32,136 nt of DNA, from positions 1-32,136 of the IMG/VR virus record IMGVR_UViG_3300033067_000240; one strand, 5' to 3'. This DNA is from a virus. Its lineage: Duplodnaviria; Caudoviricetes. A program made the translations under genes and the position numbers. Position 1 is the stretch's first letter. Each line of letters opens with the position of its first letter. Under the pieces are notes generated by a model that was not told the origin of the DNA, searched no databases, and worked only from the letters and a program-made list of their open reading frames with translations. This document shows, in pieces, positions 26,021 to 32,136 of this stretch.

Positions 26021-26347
26021 ATGAAGAAGGTTTTAGTATTACTGGCATTGGTTGCAACGAACACATTGGCATTTACTGATGACCCTACTGCACCGTTTGA
26101 TGCAAGTACTTTGATGACTACCAAAACAACCATTAGCTGGGAAGTTGTTCCTAATGCTAACGCCCGTTGTCAAGCAGAAAGTAAGAAGCGTGGCTACGGT
26201 GGCTTTGGCAGTAAAGTCGAAGCATGTTCTTTCTGGGAAAAAGGTTTGACTGGTAATCGTTGTATTATCATTACAAACAAGTGGACTAGTATGCATCAGC
26301 TAGGACACGAAACTCGCCACTGTTTCCAAGGTGGATTCCATAAATGA
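26021..26347 (+). CDS. Exported small protein with HExxH (zincin-like) motif
   Basis: Signal peptide MKKVLVLLALVATNTLA; C-terminal LGHETRHC; four Cys. Confidence 0.65.
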   Translation: MKKVLVLLALVATNTLAFTDDPTAPFDASTLMTTKTTISWEVVPNANARCQAESKKRGYGGFGSKVEACSFWEKGLTGNRCIIITNKWTSMHQLGHETRHCFQGGFHK

Positions 26348-26742
26348 AAGAATACGATTTACAAGAAGAGATTCGCGACTGTTCCTGGATAATGGCTAAG
26401 ATCCAAGCCGAGGATCGACGCTATGCCCAGAATTTATATGCGGCTTGGTGCAACATGCAATGGTGCAAGCGTGAGATGTGGCCAGTGCTTTCAGAGCGTT
26501 ACTGGTCAGCAACTTGGCGTGGCGCAGGTGGTATTGTAGCAGAACTTCGCGGCCAAGGCGAAGACTATATGGACTACTATTGTAGTGGTATGCGTGGTGG
26601 ACTTAGCTTTGATGGCAAGGATGACGAAGACTATTTTGAGAAAACTGGCTACATGAGCGAGGGTGAAGTTTCGGAAGAAATAGCACAGGACTTGAATGAT
26701 TTAGGGTGGTTTCCTGTTCCTTATGATGATGACTTCGTTTAA
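26344..26742 (+). CDS. Hypothetical phage protein
   Basis: 132-aa acidic ORF (YAQNLYAAWCN, WRGAGGIVA, YMDYYCSG) overlapping the upstream stop. Confidence 0.7.
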   Translation: MKEYDLQEEIRDCSWIMAKIQAEDRRYAQNLYAAWCNMQWCKREMWPVLSERYWSATWRGAGGIVAELRGQGEDYMDYYCSGMRGGLSFDGKDDEDYFEKTGYMSEGEVSEEIAQDLNDLGWFPVPYDDDFV

Positions 26743-26753
26743 GTAAATACAAT

Positions 26754-26921
26754 ATGACAACATACACCGTAGACGAGTTGTTCGAAGATATCCCTGGAGA
26801 TCCGGACAATGTCATATTTAAAATTCCGCCGGAAATTTGCGAACTGCAAGGGTGGAAAGAAGGCGATACCATTAAGATAGTAGTTGAAGACGGCAAGATG
26901 GTGTTAACAAAAGTGAGCTGA
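26754..26921 (+). CDS. AbrB/MazE/SpoVT-like small DNA-binding protein (55 aa)
   Basis: Below the ORF-track cutoff; MTTYTVDELFEDIPGDPDNVIFKIPPEICELQGWKEGDTIKIVVEDGKMVLTKVS. IPxxI...GWKEGDxI is the swapped-hairpin signature; preceded by TAAATA-CAAT. Confidence 0.7.
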   Translation: MTTYTVDELFEDIPGDPDNVIFKIPPEICELQGWKEGDTIKIVVEDGKMVLTKVS

Positions 26922-26923
26922 TC

Positions 26924-27598
26924 ATGAACTCAATTATGGAAACTGTGAGAGATGTTTGCAACAGAGTTAGAGCTAACAGCAAGCATGGAACAAGTTTTCA
27001 TAATTTATTAGTCATGTTACGCAGAGAGTTCAAGCGTAACGACCTAGATGTTCGAGTAAAAAGCGAACGCAATAAGAAGCTTCTCGATGAAGAGTTTTAC
27101 ATCAACGCATACTACGATGCTGAAGATGACGACACATACGAAACCCCTATTGAAGTTGTAGTACATCATAACTTTGACAAAGCCATGGTGTGGGATAAGA
27201 AGCATGTCACTAGTTTCTTGATCCAAGTATTCGACGCAACAGTACACGAATATAAACATCAACGACAAAGCCGTAAGCGTGGACATGAAAGTTTCTGGGA
27301 CCACCCTAATGGCGCATATCACTATCAAGAATACTTAATGGACCCGGACGAAGTAGATGCATACTCACTGAGCATTGCTATTGAGCTTTGTCGAAGTTTG
27401 GGCAAGTACCGTGCCTTACGATACATGAGCAAGTTCACAGCACTTAGCAAGCTCAAATTCCAGGACACATTTGTTAGTCCAAACCTTAGCGCATACATTG
27501 GACAGTTTGGAAACACTTCCACTCCGGTGATAAAACTGTTAGCCAAAAAAGTGTATGTACGCCTACAAAAGATTGACACTGACTGCATCTTCGTGTAA
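26924..27598 (+). CDS. Putative zinc metallopeptidase-like protein
   Basis: TVHEYKHQRQ (HExxH) with downstream YLMDPDEVDAY (third-ligand Glu pattern). Confidence 0.6.
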   Translation: MNSIMETVRDVCNRVRANSKHGTSFHNLLVMLRREFKRNDLDVRVKSERNKKLLDEEFYINAYYDAEDDDTYETPIEVVVHHNFDKAMVWDKKHVTSFLIQVFDATVHEYKHQRQSRKRGHESFWDHPNGAYHYQEYLMDPDEVDAYSLSIAIELCRSLGKYRALRYMSKFTALSKLKFQDTFVSPNLSAYIGQFGNTSTPVIKLLAKKVYVRLQKIDTDCIFV

Positions 27599-27601
27599 AA
27601 T
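27573..27601 (+). promoter_or_regulatory. sigma70-like promoter
   Basis: TTGACA, 17 bp spacer, TAAAAT upstream of 27627. Confidence 0.65.
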
Positions 27602-27626
27602 ATAATTTTAATTATATGGACTTTAC

Positions 27627-28331
27627 ATGTCGGAGCCCGTCAGAACATATCCTCTCCAGAGTTTACTAGAGCTAGCATGTGCGGCTCAGCGAACCAACGG
27701 GTCGTATATCAAGCAAGCAGAAGCAATAGTTGCTGACGACAACAAGGTGTTGGGTTACAAATGGCCTAACCGAAGCCTAATGACTTTTGCGCTAGGCGAA
27801 GATGGCGCTACTTATAGTGACCCTTTAATGCGTCCGACATTGATCAAGCCCACTATGGAAGACCGGGCTCATGCAATAGAAATCCAAAAGTTTTATCGTA
27901 GACTAGCGTTCACAGCTATTGAAGGAACTGACGAGTTTAAAACAACTCTCAACGGGCTACTTAACAGTGGCGTTGATATTCCTTCTAACAAGATGGGATT
28001 CATTGCCTGCTTGCCAGGTCAGTATGCTCGTGACTATGCAATGAACAGAATGGAACGACTTTCCAAAACTGTTGAGAACGGATATCTAGCAACCATTGGC
28101 AGTGAAGTTTATGATTTAGATTGTGAGATTATAGAATGCAAACGCTCAAAGACTTATGATGCTTATAATGTTGATGCTATAATTAACAATATGATGGTCA
28201 GTTGGATGGGTAAGAATTCATTTGCTCCCGGGCCATGTGTTGTTATTCGAGCAAAAGTTAAGGATCACACTAAGCATTGGAAGTACGAAAACGCAGTAAC
28301 CCGATTAAACTATGTAAAGGCCGCACAATAA
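27627..28331 (+). CDS. Hypothetical phage protein, possible C-terminal OB-fold
   Basis: 234-aa ORF; beta-rich C-terminus (VIRAKVKDH...TRLNYVK). Confidence 0.65.
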   Translation: MSEPVRTYPLQSLLELACAAQRTNGSYIKQAEAIVADDNKVLGYKWPNRSLMTFALGEDGATYSDPLMRPTLIKPTMEDRAHAIEIQKFYRRLAFTAIEGTDEFKTTLNGLLNSGVDIPSNKMGFIACLPGQYARDYAMNRMERLSKTVENGYLATIGSEVYDLDCEIIECKRSKTYDAYNVDAIINNMMVSWMGKNSFAPGPCVVIRAKVKDHTKHWKYENAVTRLNYVKAAQ

Positions 28332-28522
28332 TGTATATTACAAGAGAAGAAGTTCAAAAGATTGCAGAAACAATGGATAAGTTTCCAGAGGCACAATCTT
28401 TTAAGTTAGAAGAAACAGGCCATAGTGGCATTGGTAGTATTACTAACTTAATTGTTCATACTAAAGTGAACGGCCTCGATGGTACATTTACTGTTGAAAT
28501 TTCAGGTGTGGAGAACTGGTGA
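28331..28522 (+). CDS. Hypothetical protein (63 aa); start corrected from 28277
   Basis: TAATG coupling with the upstream gene; MYITREEVQKI...EISGVENW. Confidence 0.7.
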   Translation: MYITREEVQKIAETMDKFPEAQSFKLEETGHSGIGSITNLIVHTKVNGLDGTFTVEISGVENW

Positions 28523-28959
28523 TGAGTGAAGATAAAGAGTTTCAAGAATATGAACTGTTTGCCCAACGGATGGAGAAGTCCTATCCTAAAATGTACAGTG
28601 GCAAGTACGGCGGCTTTGCTGTAGGCAAAGGCTGGTATCCAATCATTGAAAGATTAAGTTCTAGCATTCAACAACACATTGAATTTAAGAATAGAGAAAC
28701 CGAAGTTTGTCCGCAAGTAGTTGTAATGCAGGTTAAGGAAAAGTTCGGCGGGCTTCGTTTTTACTACGAAGGCGGTGACGACTATATCCAAGGTCTTGTA
28801 TCAATGGCAGAATCGTGGGCAGGTGTTGCTTGCGAAGACTGCGGTGGCATTGGCAAGCGTAGAGGCGGCGGTTGGGTGCGTACACTTTGCGACCTACATG
28901 AACAAGAACGCAATGAGCGTATCGAAGAACAAGCTCGAAAAGACGGCTTAGAACTGTAG
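28519..28959 (+). CDS. Conserved hypothetical phage protein with C-terminal Zn-ribbon
   Basis: GWYPII, QVKEKFGGLRFY, CEDCG...WVRTLCDLH. Confidence 0.75.
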   Translation: MMSEDKEFQEYELFAQRMEKSYPKMYSGKYGGFAVGKGWYPIIERLSSSIQQHIEFKNRETEVCPQVVVMQVKEKFGGLRFYYEGGDDYIQGLVSMAESWAGVACEDCGGIGKRRGGGWVRTLCDLHEQERNERIEEQARKDGLEL

Positions 28960-28960
28960 G

Positions 28961-28989
28961 TTGACGCTCAAAACAATGTATGTTATAAT
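28961..28989 (+). promoter_or_regulatory. sigma70 promoter with extended -10
   Basis: TTGACG, 17 bp spacer, TGt-TATAAT. Confidence 0.75.
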
Positions 28990-29020
28990 ACATGCAAATA
29001 GCGAATTATTGGAGCAGAGA

Positions 29021-29881
29021 ATGAAAATTAAATTGGTTAGTGACTTACATTTGGAATTTTCAGATTGTTTTATTAACAATGACGAAGGTGCCGATGTATT
29101 AATTTTGGGTGGCGACATTATGATTGCCCAGGATCTACACGACCATATGGAACTCCCTAGCATGGGCATGTACACTATGCCAGGTGAGCTTGCGGGCTTA
29201 GGACGTCGCCAGCAGGCTGTCCAACGCTACAGAGATTTTTTGAAGCGTTGCTCATTCCAATTCCCACATGTTATCTACATTATGGGTAATCACGAATTTT
29301 ACAATGGAAAGTTCTTTGCTGGCATTGATTACATGCGGGATGAAATTGCCAAGTACCCTAATATCTACTTGTTAGAGCAGGACACTAAAGTTATCGATGA
29401 TGTAACCTTTGTTGGCGGCACTTTGTGGACTGACATGAACAAAGGCGACCCTTTGACTATGCACGCCATTGAAGGTATGATGAACGACTTTCGTATCATT
29501 CGCAATGACAAGCGTAACTATGCCACGATGAGTGCTCGTGATGTTGTCAGTCGACATGCTCGTACTTTGCAGTACTTTAGAAGTATATTGGCTGAACAGC
29601 ATGACAAGAAGTTTGTTGTGGTCGGACATCACAGTCCAAGTTTTCAAAGTGTGCATCCAAGCTACGCTCACGAAACTTTGATGAACGGTGGCTACCATAG
29701 TGACTTGAGTGAGTTCATTTTGGATCATCCGCAGATCAAACTGTGGACACATGGTCACACCCATCATCCGTTTGATTACATGATCGGTGAGACACGGATT
29801 GTATGTAACCCTCGAGGTTACGAAAACGACGGATACAGCGAACAAACTGGCTGGGATCCTACTAAAATTTTGGAGATTTAA
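29021..29881 (+). CDS. Calcineurin-like metallophosphoesterase; start corrected from 28961
   Basis: SDLHLE, GGDI, MGNHEFY, TLWTD, VGHHSP, WTHGHTH, NPRGY; GGAG Shine-Dalgarno before ATG 29021. Confidence 0.92.
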   Translation: MKIKLVSDLHLEFSDCFINNDEGADVLILGGDIMIAQDLHDHMELPSMGMYTMPGELAGLGRRQQAVQRYRDFLKRCSFQFPHVIYIMGNHEFYNGKFFAGIDYMRDEIAKYPNIYLLEQDTKVIDDVTFVGGTLWTDMNKGDPLTMHAIEGMMNDFRIIRNDKRNYATMSARDVVSRHARTLQYFRSILAEQHDKKFVVVGHHSPSFQSVHPSYAHETLMNGGYHSDLSEFILDHPQIKLWTHGHTHHPFDYMIGETRIVCNPRGYENDGYSEQTGWDPTKILEI

Positions 29882-29882
29882 A

Positions 29883-30044
29883 ATGACAGATAAGATTACA
29901 GTACCATCAATGCTTCGAACCCTTGGAGAAAATAACAAGGGCTTTATGGAGCAGGTTGCAGAACACATTGAAAAGTTAGAAGGTGAGATTGTCCGTCTAA
30001 CTGCTCGTGTTAACGAACTTGAAGCGAAAGAAGACGAACAATGA
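29883..30044 (+). CDS. Small coiled-coil hypothetical protein (53 aa)
   Basis: ATG 29883 after GGAG; AEHIEKLEGEIVRLTARVNELE heptad pattern. Confidence 0.65.
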   Translation: MTDKITVPSMLRTLGENNKGFMEQVAEHIEKLEGEIVRLTARVNELEAKEDEQ

Positions 30045-30397
30045 ACAACATTAAAACAGATGTAACTGACCTGGAAGCATTCAAGCCCTGGCTTAAGAGT
30101 ATGCTTCAGATGGGTGAGGTTGTTGTAACATTTACCAAAAAGGACGGTACTGAGCGTGTAATGAAATGCACAACTAGTACCGAACTTGTTCCTCTAGTAG
30201 AAGAAAAGGTTCATGTAACAAATACAGATAATCCAATCGATTTCCCTGCGCCCAAAAAAGAAAAGAAAGTAAACGAGGATGTCATGCCCGTTTACGATTT
30301 GGAAAGTAAAGCGTGGAAGAGCTTCCGTTGGGATAGTGTCAAAACGGTTAACATTACAATTGGGGAAGAAAATGGCGACGATAATTCGGCACAGTGA
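30041..30397 (+). CDS. DUF2693/WYL-like SH3 beta-barrel phage protein
   Basis: VVTFTKKDGTERVMKCT...VYDLESKAWKSFRWDSV. Confidence 0.75.
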   Translation: MNNIKTDVTDLEAFKPWLKSMLQMGEVVVTFTKKDGTERVMKCTTSTELVPLVEEKVHVTNTDNPIDFPAPKKEKKVNEDVMPVYDLESKAWKSFRWDSVKTVNITIGEENGDDNSAQ

Positions 30398-30605
30398 AAC
30401 TTGCCAAATTAAAATGGCTAAGAGTTCCAAAACTGTAGAAGCAGTAGTGGACCAATTTATTTTTGAACAAACACTTGACGTCATCCTGAATAAGAGTGTA
30501 AAATTAAAGCTAAAGTGGAATGGTAAACTTTATGAAGGCAGGAGTGCTGGAATGGATGTTGAAAGTGCCGGCCCTACTATTTCTTATACACAGACTGGAA
30601 GATAA
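30372..30605 (+). CDS. Hypothetical protein (77 aa); start corrected from 30279
   Basis: GGGGA Shine-Dalgarno-like site before ATG 30372 (MATIIRHSETC); LKWNGKLYEGRSAGM. Confidence 0.65.
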   Translation: MATIIRHSETCQIKMAKSSKTVEAVVDQFIFEQTLDVILNKSVKLKLKWNGKLYEGRSAGMDVESAGPTISYTQTGR

Positions 30606-31040
30606 ATGAAAATCGGACTTAGTTATTCTCGTTGCGTTCGCGATATTGTTGATGGAGTAGTTGACATTAATGATGTGCTAGTATTGATTACTCGCACAGA
30701 TTTCGACCCGCATGACGATGCACAGTGGAAAAGTATCTGGCTTGGCTATGGTGGCGGAAACGGTGGCCGCACTAGCATTTGGTCTGCCCCAGAATGGGGT
30801 AACTACCCTGCTGAAGATGAAGCTAAGTTTCGCGAGATTAGCATTGCCCTATATGACGGCGGTAAGATGCATCAACCCCGCCAGTTTGGAGCGCATCCGA
30901 CACGCCGCCCTGAAATTTGGCTGGAAGCAGTTCTGCCAAATTCGGAGCTAGAATCAAATCCAATGGCCAAGGCAGCTTGGGACAAGTTCCAAACGGTTGC
31001 TGGTCTTACTAATGTAAAACTTGATGAAAGCTACAAATGA
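30606..31040 (+). CDS. Hypothetical phage protein
   Basis: 144-aa ORF (MKIGLSYSRCVRDI...GKMHQPRQFG) abutting the upstream stop. Confidence 0.7.
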   Translation: MKIGLSYSRCVRDIVDGVVDINDVLVLITRTDFDPHDDAQWKSIWLGYGGGNGGRTSIWSAPEWGNYPAEDEAKFREISIALYDGGKMHQPRQFGAHPTRRPEIWLEAVLPNSELESNPMAKAAWDKFQTVAGLTNVKLDESYK

Positions 31041-31432
31041 AATATGTTCTAGCGTTGTTGGCAGTAATGCTAACAGCATGTGGACCAATTCCACAAGAAA
31101 CTCCCGTCCAGCATACAGAAGTTCGACAACCTGACGAAAACGGTTGCGTTGTCGACACTTCTAGCAATCTAGTCAGCGAACGACAAGTTGGCAAAATTAC
31201 CAATTTGGTTAAAGAAAAAGACGAAGTAGGAGCAATTGGTACATGTACAGTCAAGTTTGATTTGACAGTTGACGGCAAAACTTACCATTTGGAAGAAACT
31301 GAAAATGGGCTAGAACAACTCGAAAGCCTGTGCTACTATGCAAGAGAACGGGCTCGAAAAAATCTTCTTTTGGATTTGGGCGGTACTTTTGAAAGCAAGG
31401 CCATAGTAAGTTGTCGCCAAAATGGTGCCTAA
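31037..31432 (+). CDS. Lipoprotein
   Basis: Signal peptide with lipobox MKYVLALLAVMLTAC; four further Cys. Confidence 0.75.
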   Translation: MKYVLALLAVMLTACGPIPQETPVQHTEVRQPDENGCVVDTSSNLVSERQVGKITNLVKEKDEVGAIGTCTVKFDLTVDGKTYHLEETENGLEQLESLCYYARERARKNLLLDLGGTFESKAIVSCRQNGA

Positions 31433-31449
31433 CGGTTTGCCAAAAGAGA

Positions 31450-31478
31450 TTGACTGTCTGCACCAAATGCGTTATAAT
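31450..31478 (+). promoter_or_regulatory. sigma70 promoter
   Basis: TTGACT, 17 bp spacer, TATAAT, then an A/C-rich leader and AAGGAG Shine-Dalgarno. Confidence 0.8.
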
Positions 31479-31507
31479 ATACACATACAAACACAAAAGG
31501 AGTTACT

Positions 31508-31654
31508 ATGTTAGTTGAATTTAGATACCGAGTTTATTTGAGCGATCGTACTTTTGATACGACATTTAAAGCAACTTCGATCAATGAGGGTGCAGAAATC
31601 CTCAAGCGCCAATATGGTGCAAATGATGTAATTGGTATGGGTGAAGTTTACTAA
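31508..31654 (+). CDS. Small hypothetical protein (48 aa)
   Basis: Hand translation MLVEFRYRVYLSDRTFDTTFKATSINEGAEILKRQYGANDVIGMGEVY; strong AAGGAG Shine-Dalgarno. Confidence 0.7.
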   Translation: MLVEFRYRVYLSDRTFDTTFKATSINEGAEILKRQYGANDVIGMGEVY

Positions 31655-31669
31655 TAGAAAGAAAGTAGC

Positions 31670-31792
31670 ATGAAAGTAGTTCTAGCATTATTTTTGGTTG
31701 CCATGTTGTCTGCTTGCTCCACTGTAGCCGGCATTGGTAAAGACATTCAATCGTCCGCCGAATGGACAAAAGACAAAATGAACGGAAAATAA
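31670..31792 (+). CDS. Entericidin A/B-family small lipoprotein (40 aa)
   Basis: Hand translation MKVVLALFLVAMLSACSTVAGIGKDIQSSAEWTKDKMNGK; LSAC-xTxxGxGxDI is the entericidin signature. Confidence 0.75.
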   Translation: MKVVLALFLVAMLSACSTVAGIGKDIQSSAEWTKDKMNGK

Positions 31793-31793
31793 A

Positions 31794-32136
31794 ATGAAAA
31801 AGTTTCTAATTGCACTTCCACTTATCGCCCTGTTGACCGCTTGCGGCACTACAGATCCGTATGCTAAACGAGCTGACGCAGAGCGTGAGCGTGAAGAACG
31901 CATGGCAGAAAAGGCTTTTAAACAGACACCTAGCTGGTTCAAAGATGCTCCACGCATCAGTAACTCAGCAGTATATGCCTACGGTATGGCAGAGTCTAAG
32001 AGCCGTGAACATTCGGAATTTCTAGCTAAGAACTTTGCCTATGGTAAAATCTGTATGAGTGCGGGCGTGATCTTTGCCGCGCTCCTGACTGTCCTAGTCA
32101 CAAGCCTGATCCCATGGGGAGGTGAGAGAGATGGGG
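31794..32136 (+). CDS. Lipoprotein (LPP20-like), 3' truncated
   Basis: Hand translation MKKFLIALPLIALLTACGTTDPYAKRA...TPSWFKDAP...AVYAYGMAES...; lipobox LTAC; frame open to the window end. Confidence 0.7.
   Translation, partial: MKKFLIALPLIALLTACGTTDPYAKRADAEREREERMAEKAFKQTPSWFKDAPRISNSAVYAYGMAESKSREHSEFLAKNFAYGKICMSAGVIFAALLTVLVTSLIPWGGERDG

Noticed and set aside
29372-29968. 198-aa minus-strand ORF and the other short alternative-frame or antisense ORFs in the track (for example 7405..7716, 12727..13014, 25827..26072, 31688..31957)
   Set aside because: They overlap well-supported genes or the tRNA-like RNA and show no motifs or start signals; treated as shadow ORFs.
1-32136. CRISPR array, integrase, transposase or intron
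   Set aside because: No regularly spaced direct repeats, recombinase motifs or interrupted genes were seen; the only clear repeat is the two-copy palindromic cassette.
1-32136. Eukaryotic giant virus (NCLDV) or ordinary bacterial chromosome origin
   Set aside because: Sigma70 promoters, Shine-Dalgarno sites, coupled genes and lipoboxes indicate a bacterial expression system. T4-late-like boxes, the run of small phage-type ORFs and the lack of housekeeping genes favour a phage, though no hallmark gene proves it.

Overview
This 32 kb window looks like part of a large lytic, T4-like or jumbo dsDNA phage genome with a Gram-negative host. That assignment is inferred from dense overlapping genes, sigma70 promoters, T4-late-like TAAATA boxes, lipoproteins and typical small phage ORFs; no structural or replication hallmark gene is present. 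Bases 1-25788 form a continuous cluster of 31 genes, mostly tailoring enzymes, truncated at the left edge. It holds 9 radical SAM proteins (one B12-dependent, one with a Tes/MJ0619-like N-terminus), 8 Fe(II)/2OG-type oxygenases, a tryptophan-halogenase-family flavoprotein, an amidinotransferase, two PLP enzymes, a SpeD-like pyruvoyl decarboxylase, a QueC-like PP-loop protein, an SDR, a methyltransferase, an SGNH-like and a GNAT-like protein, and two degenerate kinase-like paralogs. Most transcription blocks begin with TAAATA only 4-6 nt before the ATG, suggesting late, near-leaderless expression; two divergent junctions share one palindromic cassette. At 25876-25992 a 117-nt tRNA-like RNA with an elongated anticodon arm follows a consensus sigma70 promoter. 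Bases 26021-32136 are plus-strand small, early-type genes: two HExxH proteins, an AbrB-like protein, a metallophosphoesterase, a DUF2693/WYL-like protein, an entericidin-like lipoprotein and two other lipoproteins. All functional calls come from motif recognition by eye, with no database searches.
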